46,664 bases of DNA from IMG/VR virus record IMGVR_UViG_3300048855_000047, positions 1-46,664 of that record; one strand, written 5' to 3'. Positions 34,329-42,179 of the stretch are shown here, piece after piece; positions within the stretch are counted from its first letter, which is position 1; each line of letters starts with the position of its first letter. Position numbers and translations under genes: made by a program. The stretch comes from a virus. Its lineage: Duplodnaviria; Caudoviricetes. The notes under the pieces are model-generated. The model did not search any database. It was not told where the DNA came from and saw only the letters and a program-made list of their open reading frames with translations.

Positions 34329-34663
34329 GCGCCCTTTACCCGGACGTGTACGCGGTCGTGGACCCCGTGCAGGACTACGAGGAGACCATGCGCATCCTCG
34401 GCATCTACGCCACCGCCCACGAGGCCCGGGCGGTGGCCGACGCGGCACGGAAGTACGGGGCCGAGCAGTACCCCTCGACCCCCACCGACAAGCCCTACCT
34501 CGACCCGGGACGGACCGCCGAGGTGCAGCACTGGCAGGGGTCGCAGGTCATCGAGCGGTGGGAGCGCCGCGAGGACTGGGAGGCCTGGGACGACAACGAG
34601 GGGCGGGCGATCTACACGCTCCGCCCGTGGACGAAGGTGGAGGTGCCCCGTGGGCGCGTCTGA
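34325..34663 (+). CDS. hypothetical protein
   Basis: GTGA overlap, GGAGG RBS; VYAV...ILGIYAT. Confidence 0.7.
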   Translation: MSALYPDVYAVVDPVQDYEETMRILGIYATAHEARAVADAARKYGAEQYPSTPTDKPYLDPGRTAEVQHWQGSQVIERWERREDWEAWDDNEGRAIYTLRPWTKVEVPRGRV

Positions 34664-34862
34664 GAAGCACGACGCCGCCTTCCACGGCCTCACCCCGAAC
34701 CAGGCGCTCCGCCTGGCCCAGCGCATCATCCGCGCTGAGGCTCGACGCCTGCCCACCGTGGAGGTCGCGTACGGCCAGCAGGGCGAGCACCCCGACGTCC
34801 GAGGCTTGCGCCGGGCCGCCGACCTCATCGAACCGCTCATCGACCCCGGGGAGGAACCGTGA
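34650..34862 (+). CDS. hypothetical protein
   Basis: GGAGG RBS before GTG. Confidence 0.6.
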   Translation: MGASEKHDAAFHGLTPNQALRLAQRIIRAEARRLPTVEVAYGQQGEHPDVRGLRRAADLIEPLIDPGEEP

Positions 34863-35038
34863 TCCGGAAGGCGTGCTACGTCGCCTGCGACGGCCCGTGC
34901 GGTGGTGACCCGGCCGAGGTCGCCGTGGGCGGGGCTGCCGAGGCTCGCGCCTACGCCCGTGCTGACGGCTACGTCCGGGTGAAGGTGGACGGGCGACTGC
35001 TGGACCTGTGCCCCCGCTGCGCCGAGGCGGTGCGGTGA
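34859..35038 (+). CDS. small Zn-finger protein (59 aa)
   Basis: VACDGPC...DLCPRC; translated by hand. Confidence 0.65.
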   Translation: MIRKACYVACDGPCGGDPAEVAVGGAAEARAYARADGYVRVKVDGRLLDLCPRCAEAVR

Positions 35039-35175
35039 TGCCCTCCACCGCCTGCACGTGCATCCGGGGCGACACCCTGACGTGGCTCACCCTGCGGGTC
35101 ATCGACCCCGACTGCCCCGCGTTCGAACTGCACACCCGACTCGGTGTGTACGGACCCCCCCAGGAGACCCCATGA
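35038..35175 (+). CDS. small Cys/His protein (45 aa)
   Basis: CTC...DPDCPAFELH; TGATG overlap. Confidence 0.55.
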   Translation: MPSTACTCIRGDTLTWLTLRVIDPDCPAFELHTRLGVYGPPQETP

Positions 35176-35531
35176 GCCGCGTCATCCCCCCGGCGCCGTC
35201 GCACCGGTACTGCGACACCCCCCGGGACCCCGACATCCTCACTGGCTCCACGTGGTCGTGCGACGACCCCGAGCACGGGTGCGGTCGCGTGTGGGTCAAG
35301 ACCGGCCAGACGTTCCTGATCGGGTCCGAGGTGTGGGTCGCGACCTGGCAGCACGCGGACCGCCGCACCCGCCGCCAGCACCAGCAGGCCCTGCGCCGCG
35401 AGCGCGAACGCCTGTGCCTGCACGTCGGCCTGGACCCGCACGGCGGGCATCCCGGGGTGTGCACCCTGCCCCTCGGCCACCCCGGCGACCACCTGGACGC
35501 TGCCCGAGGCCTGCGGTGGGTGCGGCCATGA
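35172..35531 (+). CDS. Cys/His-rich hypothetical protein
   Basis: AGGAG RBS; CTLPLGHPGDH. Confidence 0.65.
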   Translation: MSRVIPPAPSHRYCDTPRDPDILTGSTWSCDDPEHGCGRVWVKTGQTFLIGSEVWVATWQHADRRTRRQHQQALRRERERLCLHVGLDPHGGHPGVCTLPLGHPGDHLDAARGLRWVRP

Positions 35532-35788
35532 CCCGCACCATGTGGGAGCGCCACCGCGAGCGCGAACGCCTGTGGGATCAGGGACGGTGGGTGCACGTGT
35601 GGATGGCCTGGTGCCACTCGTACCGCCACCTCGCCCCGCGCCACGACCGAGGACGCGACGACGCGATGACCGACCTGCGCGACGACGCGTACACGTGCGC
35701 CGACCTCCTGCGGATGCCCGAGCCTGACGGGCTCCTAGATAGTCCCGAGGGCGCGGCCACGCGCATCATCCGACGGACCCTGCCGTGA
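35528..35788 (+). CDS. hypothetical protein
   Basis: ATGA overlap. Confidence 0.55.
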   Translation: MTRTMWERHRERERLWDQGRWVHVWMAWCHSYRHLAPRHDRGRDDAMTDLRDDAYTCADLLRMPEPDGLLDSPEGAATRIIRRTLP

Positions 35789-35970
35789 GCACCCGCCGCA
35801 CCGTGCACCTGGACCTCACCAAGCGGGAGGCCGAGGTGGTCCGCGACGCCCTCGTCCGCTACGACCTGTGGGTGGCTGGCGGGCTCGACGCCACCCGCGA
35901 GGACCAACGCGACTCCGCCCGCGCGAACGCCGTGCTGCGGCGCCTCTCCCGGCAGGGGGTGACGGAGTGA
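35785..35970 (+). CDS. hypothetical protein
   Basis: GTGA overlap; LDLTKREAEVVRDAL. Confidence 0.6.
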   Translation: MSTRRTVHLDLTKREAEVVRDALVRYDLWVAGGLDATREDQRDSARANAVLRRLSRQGVTE

Positions 35971-36134
35971 GCCCCGAGCAGGACGAGCACGACGACGCCC
36001 TGGCCGAGGCAGGGGCAGCAGCCGCACGCCTCGGTGTCGAACTCGCCCGGTTCCAGAACGCCCTGGACCGACTCGGCCGCGCCACCACGGCGCTCCGCGC
36101 GGCCCGTGACCACGGCGTAGCATCCCGGCCATGA
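35967..36134 (+). CDS. hypothetical protein
   Basis: GTGA overlap. Confidence 0.5.
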   Translation: MSPEQDEHDDALAEAGAAAARLGVELARFQNALDRLGRATTALRAARDHGVASRP

Positions 36135-36967
36135 CCGAGAACCGCCGCCGCAGCGAGCCCACCATCATCGACGCGGGGGACATCACAGCCATCACCCGGG
36201 CCCTGCACGACACCCGGCGGCGCCGCACCCCCGAACCCATGTGGAGCGACGAGCCCACGCAGTGCGCCCAGTGCGGGCAACCCCATGCAACGAAGGCGGG
36301 GAACCCCGCGTGCAAGGGCCACACCCGGGCGGGCAAGCCCTGCGGGAACGACCCGATGGAGAACCAGCGGGTGTGCCGGATGCACGGCGGGAAGTCGCCT
36401 CGTGCGCTCGCGGCGGCGGAGCGGCGGGGTGCGGAGGAGCAGGGGCGGCGTGCGCTGGAGCGGTTCGGTGTGCCCCGGGAGAACCTGGCCGATCCGGCTC
36501 CGATCTTCGTCGAGCTCATCGGGATTTCGGCCGGCCTGATGGACTACTACCTGGAGCGGGTGCGGGAGGTGGAGGACCCGGACGCCCTGGTGTTCGGGGT
36601 CACGGAGCAGGCGGACGAGGACCTCATCACCCGGGCGTGGAAGTCGGAGGAGGACGACGAGGACGGGGACATCACGGAACTGCCCCCGAAGGCCGTGAGC
36701 CGGAAGGTGAAGCGGCAGGCGGGGCCCATCACGTGGCTGTCGCTGTACGACCGGGAGCGGGATCGTCTGGCGAAGTTGTGCGTGGACGCCTTGAACGCGG
36801 GGGTGCAGGAGCGGCGGGTGCGGATGGCGGAGCAGGACGGGGCGCGGTTCAACGATGCGCTGCGGGCGATCCTGGGGGACCTGGACCTGACGCCGGAGCA
36901 GGCGGCGCGGCTGCCGCAGGTGGTTCCGGCGCGGCTGCGGGCGCTTCAGGGCGGCCTGTCCGCGTGA
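36131..36967 (+). CDS. probable terminase small subunit (HGG-motif protein)
   Basis: CKGHTRAGKPC...VCRMHGGKSP; WLSLYDRERDRLAKLC..AL.AGVQERRVRMAE. Confidence 0.6.
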   Translation: MTENRRRSEPTIIDAGDITAITRALHDTRRRRTPEPMWSDEPTQCAQCGQPHATKAGNPACKGHTRAGKPCGNDPMENQRVCRMHGGKSPRALAAAERRGAEEQGRRALERFGVPRENLADPAPIFVELIGISAGLMDYYLERVREVEDPDALVFGVTEQADEDLITRAWKSEEDDEDGDITELPPKAVSRKVKRQAGPITWLSLYDRERDRLAKLCVDALNAGVQERRVRMAEQDGARFNDALRAILGDLDLTPEQAARLPQVVPARLRALQGGLSA

Positions 36968-36972
36968 CCCTG

Positions 36973-37002
36973 TTGTGCACGGCCCAGCACTAGTGCTACG
37001 TT
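36973..37002 (+). promoter_or_regulatory. palindrome-containing promoter P10
   Basis: TTGTGC-18 nt-TACGTT; AGCACTAGTGCT. Confidence 0.75.
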
Positions 37003-37049
37003 GGGGACATGCCCACAGGGGGCAGCAACCAGACCGAGGAGCCAACGCC

Positions 37050-37277
37050 ATGACCACCACGCCCGCCACCCCCGCCCTGACCGACCTGGAGCGCCCCGGC
37101 AAGTTCTCCGTGGAGTCCGTGAACGCCGCGCAGCGTCGCCCCCGCAACGCTGGCCTGTTCTGGCAGAACGACCGCCGCGTGGACGTCGTGGACGCCCAGT
37201 CCGCCATCGACGCCGTGAACCTCGTCACCGCGACCCTGCCGGACGGCTGGCGGGTCGCCTGGGCTGAGGTCGCCTGA
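37050..37277 (+). CDS. hypothetical protein
   Basis: GAGGAG RBS. Confidence 0.7.
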   Translation: MTTTPATPALTDLERPGKFSVESVNAAQRRPRNAGLFWQNDRRVDVVDAQSAIDAVNLVTATLPDGWRVAWAEVA

Positions 37278-37286
37278 CCCCGGGTG

Positions 37287-37316
37287 TTGTGCACACCCCA
37301 GCACCTGTGCTACGGT
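37287..37316 (+). promoter_or_regulatory. palindrome-containing promoter P11 (leaderless start at 37323)
   Basis: TTGTGC-18 nt-TACGGT-6 nt-ATG. Confidence 0.75.
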
Positions 37317-37322
37317 AACGAC

Positions 37323-37565
37323 ATGACGACGACGAGCACCACCACCGACATCCAGGCCCGCGACCTCACCGTGGGCGACGTCCTGATCCTCGGCGAGGGC
37401 CGCGAACTCACCCTGGAGCGCATCGGCCAGGACACCCGCCGGGGCATCATCCGCTGGGAGGGGACGCTGCGCGGCACCTGGGAGGGCGAGCGGTTCGGCA
37501 TGCGCACCGGCCGCAGCCTCCACCTCACCGAGGTCGTCACCGTCCGCCGCACCACCGCCGCCTGA
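37323..37565 (+). CDS. small beta-barrel-like hypothetical protein
   Basis: ARDLTVGDVL motif; ATG at predicted +1. Confidence 0.7.
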   Translation: MTTTSTTTDIQARDLTVGDVLILGEGRELTLERIGQDTRRGIIRWEGTLRGTWEGERFGMRTGRSLHLTEVVTVRRTTAA

Positions 37566-37584
37566 CCCACAAGGAGCCCCCGCC

Positions 37585-37926
37585 ATGCTCAGCATCCGCG
37601 CCCGCATCGAGCACCGCCGCTACACCGCCGTGCAGAACCTCCTGCGCCTCGCCTCCCGCGAGGGCGGCGTCCAGCCCACCCTGCGCCAGCAGCGGGCCGC
37701 CCTCTACCTCGTGGAGCGCGGCACCTGCGAGTGGCAGCACGCCCCCGGCATCGGGCCCATCCTGCGCGTGGCCGTCCCGCCGCTCATGACCGAGCAGCAC
37801 GAGACGCTCGCCGCCGCGATGCTCGCCGACGCCGAGCGCATCAAGGCCGAGGACGCCGCCGTCGCCGAGATGCGCCGCTGGCTCGACTCCACCCCCACCG
37901 CCCACCCCGCCCATGAGGAGAACTGA
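37585..37926 (+). CDS. hypothetical protein
   Basis: AAGGAG RBS. Confidence 0.7.
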   Translation: MLSIRARIEHRRYTAVQNLLRLASREGGVQPTLRQQRAALYLVERGTCEWQHAPGIGPILRVAVPPLMTEQHETLAAAMLADAERIKAEDAAVAEMRRWLDSTPTAHPAHEEN

Positions 37927-37928
37927 CC

Positions 37929-38120
37929 ATGCCCACCGTCCCCGCCACCAAGGTCCAGCCCGGCGACCTCGCCTGGCACAAGACCCGCACTCTGGACCCC
38001 CGGCCCGTCGCCGAGGTGGACCACAAGGCCCGCACCATCCGACTCCAGATCGGGACTCTCGTCACCGACCCCATCCCTCGGGCGAACTACACCTACACCC
38101 GCGACCCCGAGGCGGAGTGA
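37929..38120 (+). CDS. small hypothetical protein
   Basis: GAGGAG RBS; ATKVQPGD. Confidence 0.7.
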   Translation: MPTVPATKVQPGDLAWHKTRTLDPRPVAEVDHKARTIRLQIGTLVTDPIPRANYTYTRDPEAE

Positions 38121-38123
38121 CCC

Positions 38124-38609
38124 ATGCCCACCATGCCCCACCCCGGCGGTGACACCGTGCGCATCCTGCTCGTAGGGGGCCCCGAGCACGGGCGCCGCGT
38201 GCGGGTGCCCGCCAGGCACTGGCCCGGGCTGCACCAGGTGGTCATGCCCACGCGCCGCGAGGCCGCCTACGTCGAGGACGACCAGGACCTGCTGCTGCCC
38301 GAGGTCACGGTCTACCGACGGGTGACCCTCACCCCGGGCGCCGCCCAGGTGCTGGGCGTGCACCCCACCTTCCCGCTGTACGCCGCACCGGGTGCCGCTC
38401 TCGACGTGCTGGAGGTGCGCGACGCGCTGGAGGTGGCCCAGGAGCGGGAGCGCCTGGACCAGGAGGAGGCGGCCCGCGAGGCCGAGCGTGACCGCATCGC
38501 ACGCCTGCCCGTCGCGACCATCTACCCGCCGAGCTACCCGATGCCGGCCGGACGCTTCCGCGTGGAGCGCCACGCGGACGGCACGGTGGTGCTCCACCCC
38601 TACGCCTAG
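38124..38609 (+). CDS. hypothetical protein
   Basis: LVGGPEHG motif. Confidence 0.7.
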   Translation: MPTMPHPGGDTVRILLVGGPEHGRRVRVPARHWPGLHQVVMPTRREAAYVEDDQDLLLPEVTVYRRVTLTPGAAQVLGVHPTFPLYAAPGAALDVLEVRDALEVAQERERLDQEEAAREAERDRIARLPVATIYPPSYPMPAGRFRVERHADGTVVLHPYA

Positions 38610-38637
38610 CGCCCACCCCTAGCACCCGTGCTACGGT
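38607..38637 (+). promoter_or_regulatory. palindrome-containing promoter P12
   Basis: TAGCACCCGTGCTACGGT; weak -35. Confidence 0.65.
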
Positions 38638-38671
38638 GGCGACACTGTGCCCCGCCCAAAGGAGACCGACC

Positions 38672-39268
38672 ATGCCGCTGTCCCCCTGCCGCTCCTGCGG
38701 CCACCCGTACGAGACCCACGCGAGCACCACGTCCGGGTGGTGCTCGCACTACTCCCACGGCTCTGTCGGCCGCGCCTGCAAGCGCTATCGCCCGCGCCGC
38801 CTCTACGGCTACGACGTCGATGACGACGTGCGGCGGGCGATCCTCGCGGCCTACGAGGAGGGCCGCGCCATCGGGGAGGGCGACGAGCCGCCGCCCATCG
38901 GTCGCCACCACCCGGACTACGTGCCCCCGCCGCCGTCCAGGCCCCTGACGCCGGGCACCACGGTCACCTTCGGTGACCTGGACCTCACCGTCCAGGAGGA
39001 CGGCACCGTCTTCGACCGTGCCGTGGGTGCTGCCATGCGGCGCCAGCGGTGGGCGTACGACGTCACCCCCATGGCCTCGCTGCTGCGGGTGCGTCCGCTC
39101 ATCCCCCTGGTGGACGACCGCAGCACCTCCTGGGCGGGGTGCTCATCGGCCATCCCGGGGACCAAGATCGGTCCGCACGGGCAGTGCCCGCTGCGCGGCG
39201 CCCACCGCCACGACCCCGACACGGGCGCCGTGATCCTGCTCGGGCGACGGCACCGGTCGCGCGAGTGA
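38672..39268 (+). CDS. hypothetical protein with N-terminal CxxCGH...H...C metal motif
   Basis: AAGGAG RBS. Confidence 0.65.
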   Translation: MPLSPCRSCGHPYETHASTTSGWCSHYSHGSVGRACKRYRPRRLYGYDVDDDVRRAILAAYEEGRAIGEGDEPPPIGRHHPDYVPPPPSRPLTPGTTVTFGDLDLTVQEDGTVFDRAVGAAMRRQRWAYDVTPMASLLRVRPLIPLVDDRSTSWAGCSSAIPGTKIGPHGQCPLRGAHRHDPDTGAVILLGRRHRSRE

Positions 39269-39573
39269 GCACCCTGTGTCGGCGCTGCCGCCACCCGGAC
39301 CGGTTGCACCGTCATCCGTTCGGGTGTATCGCCCCGGACGCCCGCGAGCCTGGCCGGTCCTGCCGGTGCCAGTCCTACCGTGCCCGCATGACGACCCCTC
39401 GGCTCGCCCTCGCGCTCGTCCTGCTGGTCTCGTCCGTCGCGTTCTCCACCGCCGGGTGGGCCGCCGTCCTCCAGGGACGCCCCTCCCACCCGGCCACGTG
39501 GGCCGTGGCCCTCCTCCTTGGCACCCTCGCCGCCCTGCTCATCATCGAAAGGCCGACCCGTCATGACCGCTGA
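39265..39573 (+). CDS. Cys/His motif plus 2-TM protein
   Basis: CRRCRH...H...C...CRC then two hydrophobic helices. Confidence 0.6.
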   Translation: MSTLCRRCRHPDRLHRHPFGCIAPDAREPGRSCRCQSYRARMTTPRLALALVLLVSSVAFSTAGWAAVLQGRPSHPATWAVALLLGTLAALLIIERPTRHDR

Positions 39574-39778
39574 CCGCCCCGCCCCGAACCTGCTCCTGCC
39601 GGCCGAGGTCGCTGACCTGTTCGGTGTGGACGTCCAGACCCTGCGCCGCTGGGCCCGCGCCGGGAAGTTGCCCGGCATCGTGCTCACCCTCGGCGGGCAC
39701 CGCCGGTACGACCGGGCCACGATGCTGCGCCTGCGGGACCAGGGCTGGAACCCCGACCACCGAGCTACGACCGCATGA
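39563..39778 (+). CDS. BldC-like MerR-family / excisionase-type HTH protein
   Basis: LLLPAEVADLFGVDVQTLRRWARAGKL..I.LTLGGHRRY. Confidence 0.85.
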   Translation: MTADRPAPNLLLPAEVADLFGVDVQTLRRWARAGKLPGIVLTLGGHRRYDRATMLRLRDQGWNPDHRATTA

Positions 39779-39999
39779 TGACGTCGAGCGGGTGCGTCCA
39801 ACTCGGCTGCCCCACCCCCGACGACCGGGTGCGGCAGTACCTGAACGGCGCGTACTGCCACCAGCACCAGCCCGCCATGGTCCGCACCGGCCAGCCCCAC
39901 CCCACCCCGCCACCCACCGGGCTGGTGGCCAGGGGCAAGCACCGGCGCTATGGTAGGGACACCCGAACACCCGCCCCAAGGAGAGGTACCCGCCCATGA
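39775..39999 (+). CDS. hypothetical protein
   Basis: C...C...YLNGAYCHQH; ATGA overlap. Confidence 0.5.
   Translation: MMTSSGCVQLGCPTPDDRVRQYLNGAYCHQHQPAMVRTGQPHPTPPPTGLVARGKHRRYGRDTRTPAPRRGTRP
39925..39954 (+). promoter_or_regulatory. palindrome-containing promoter P13
   Basis: AGCACCGGCGC-TATGGT-AGGGAC. Confidence 0.55.
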
Positions 40000-40298
40000 C
40001 CGACGACACGCAGGCCCACCGCGTGAAGGTGACCCTGACCCGCGAGCAACTCGCCCAGGCGCTCGACCTGCCGTCCCGCGCCAGGGTCGTACACGTCGCC
40101 GGGGGCAGCCCCGACGCCCCCGTCACGGTGTACGTCGAGCACCCCGACCTCCCGCCGGTGCTGCCGGAGGCGGAGACCCCCCGCATGGCCCTGACCACCC
40201 TCCGCGAGATTCGCGGGCCCGGTGAGGTCGCGGGCCCGTCGCCCACGTCCGGCGGCGACATCCGCCCCGCCGCCGCCTTCCCGCACGCCGCTGTCTGA
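39996..40298 (+). CDS. hypothetical protein
   Basis: AAGGAGAGG RBS. Confidence 0.7.
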   Translation: MTDDTQAHRVKVTLTREQLAQALDLPSRARVVHVAGGSPDAPVTVYVEHPDLPPVLPEAETPRMALTTLREIRGPGEVAGPSPTSGGDIRPAAAFPHAAV

Positions 40299-40319
40299 CC
40301 CACCGAGGAGACTGGACGC

Positions 40320-40619
40320 ATGACCACCACCACCATCACCCCCACCACCCGCCGCACCGGCCTGTCCTGGCGCCTGCGGGTCCTCGCCGTCGGCCTGGTC
40401 GCCATGTTCGCGTTCGCGGGGGCCCCGATGCCCGACGCCCGCGCGGACGACCTCATCGCCCGGGCGTCCGCGTGCGCCCCCAACGGGTACTGGAAGCGCT
40501 ACTGCATCGAGCGCGTCGGCTCCTGGTGCCTGCGGGAGCGCACCTACTGGTACCAGTGCCAGATGACCAAGGGCGGCCCCTGGTACGGCGGCACCCACCT
40601 CCCGAAGATCGTGCTGTGA
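40320..40619 (+). CDS. small secreted 4-Cys aromatic/cationic peptide
   Basis: Signal-peptide-like N-terminus; C-x9-C-x7-C-x9-C. Confidence 0.7.
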   Translation: MTTTTITPTTRRTGLSWRLRVLAVGLVAMFAFAGAPMPDARADDLIARASACAPNGYWKRYCIERVGSWCLRERTYWYQCQMTKGGPWYGGTHLPKIVL

Positions 40620-41221
40620 CCACCGAGCAGATGGACGCCGTGGACGCGGCGCGCGACGCCCGGGAGCAGCAGCCCGAGGCGCAGGAGACGGTCCAGGCCG
40701 TCGTCATCTCCGACGACCTGGCGCACGCCCTCATGGTGTCCGCCACGCAGTCCGTCCTCTTGGACGGGTGGCCCTACCGCGACCACCTCCCCGAGGAACT
40801 CCTGCACCACCTGGAGTCCCTCGGCTTCCCCCCGGACCGCACCATCCGGCCCGGGTTCCAGGCGTACCGCTCGGGCGGGCAGTGGCTGCTGCGTGCCTTC
40901 GTCCGGGAGCAGATCGGCCTCCCGGCCGGTGAGTGGCGCGCGGTGCTCCTGGCCCCGGGCGTGGACCTGCCCCCGGGGTTCGTCGCCCCCGGCACCGAGC
41001 AGGGCACCAAGATGGCGCAGGACCTGCTCATGGAGGTCATGGACGCCGTGGCCGAGTACAACGCCGCCCCGGGTCCCATCACGGCGGGCCAGAAGTGGGA
41101 GCCCGAGGACGTCACCCCGGAGAACGTGGTCGAGCAGGTGCGGCACCGGCTGCGGGACCTCGTGAACGTGGAGACCACCCTGGCCCTGGCCCTGGAGCAC
41201 GAGGTGACCAACCATGGCTGA
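40616..41221 (+). CDS. hypothetical protein
   Basis: GTGA overlap; coding-like GC3. Confidence 0.65.
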   Translation: MTTEQMDAVDAARDAREQQPEAQETVQAVVISDDLAHALMVSATQSVLLDGWPYRDHLPEELLHHLESLGFPPDRTIRPGFQAYRSGGQWLLRAFVREQIGLPAGEWRAVLLAPGVDLPPGFVAPGTEQGTKMAQDLLMEVMDAVAEYNAAPGPITAGQKWEPEDVTPENVVEQVRHRLRDLVNVETTLALALEHEVTNHG

Positions 41222-41558
41222 GCGCGAGGTGGTGCGCGACGTGACGTCCGGGAAGTTCGCGTCCGAGGCCGACGCCGAGGCGAACCCCGCCGGGACCGTC
41301 CACGAGACGGTCCACGTGGGCCCGATGGAGCGTGCCGGTCGGGTCGTCATCGCGGCCGCCGAGGCGGCCGTGGCCCGGCACCCGACGGGCATGCCGCAGC
41401 CCGACGTGCTGGAGCTAGCCCGGTGGTCTCAGGGCCTGCTGTCCACGGCGCAGCGGTCCCTGCGTGTGGGTCTGACGGTGACCGCCCGGCAGGAACTGGA
41501 GTGGGCGGCGGCGAACATCCTGCGTGCGCTCGACGCCCTGCCTCCCGAGGAGGGCTGA
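41214..41558 (+). CDS. hypothetical protein
   Basis: GAGGTG RBS; RDVTSGKFAS..A.ANP.GTV.E. Confidence 0.7.
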   Translation: MAEREVVRDVTSGKFASEADAEANPAGTVHETVHVGPMERAGRVVIAAAEAAVARHPTGMPQPDVLELARWSQGLLSTAQRSLRVGLTVTARQELEWAAANILRALDALPPEEG

Positions 41559-41561
41559 GGG

Positions 41562-41858
41562 GTGGCGCAGGTGCGTCCCGAGCGCCCCGTCCTGGGCCGG
41601 GTGCTCCAGGGCGGGACGCTCGCGCACTCCCTGGTGTGGTACGAGCCGACACACCTCGGCAACGGCCGGGTGCGTTCCCGGGCACGCTGCGGGATCCGGG
41701 GTGGGTCGTACCGCCTGTTCGTGCTCATGGCCGACGACGGGACCCGCGTCCTGGACGCCGATGGCCGGGAGCCGGGAGCGTTCACCGTGGACGGCGCCGA
41801 CCGATGCCCCCGGTGCGTGGCCCGCACCCGTGACCCCGACCGGAAGCGGTACCGTTGA
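41562..41858 (+). CDS. hypothetical protein (ARCG...CPRC)
   Basis: Clean ORF before terminator. Confidence 0.6.
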   Translation: MAQVRPERPVLGRVLQGGTLAHSLVWYEPTHLGNGRVRSRARCGIRGGSYRLFVLMADDGTRVLDADGREPGAFTVDGADRCPRCVARTRDPDRKRYR

Positions 41859-41878
41859 CCGTTCGCCTCTCCTGTGTG

Positions 41879-41912
41879 GACGACGCCCCCCGTTGCAGCG
41901 GGGGGCGTCGTT
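41879..41912 (+). terminator. stem-loop terminator
   Basis: gacgacgccccccg / cggggggcgtcgtt followed by gtat. Confidence 0.75.
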
Positions 41913-41926
41913 GTATGCTCACCCTG

Positions 41927-41950
41927 TAGCACTCGTGCGAGGGGAGGGAC
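41927..41950 (+). promoter_or_regulatory. degenerate copy P14 of the palindromic motif (no TANNNT -10)
   Basis: TAGCACTCGTGC-GAGGGG-AGGGAC. Confidence 0.45.
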
Positions 41951-41957
41951 ACCGGCC

Positions 41958-42179
41958 ATGGGCACCACTGAGGAGCAGCACACCACCTGCGCATGCGGGT
42001 GGCCGGCCGCCGTCATCGTCGTGCAGACCACCGCCGGTGTCGTCCGTGTCACCGACTGCATGCAGTGCGACCGCACCACCTGCCGGTCCTGCGGCAACAT
42101 CGTCCCCCAGCGCAAGGTCCGCGCGTGCTCGTGCGGCGCCCGGCTGCCCATGGTCATGGTGCAGCGGAGCGGCTGGTGA
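41958..42179 (+). CDS. Zn-ribbon protein
   Basis: CAC, CMQC, CRSC and CSC motifs. Confidence 0.65.
   Translation: MGTTEEQHTTCACGWPAAVIVVQTTAGVVRVTDCMQCDRTTCRSCGNIVPQRKVRACSCGARLPMVMVQRSGW

Noticed and set aside
39563-39778. Excisionase implying a temperate lifestyle
   Set aside because: No integrase, attP, ParA or CI-like repressor recognised; the sequence is closer to the BldC pattern
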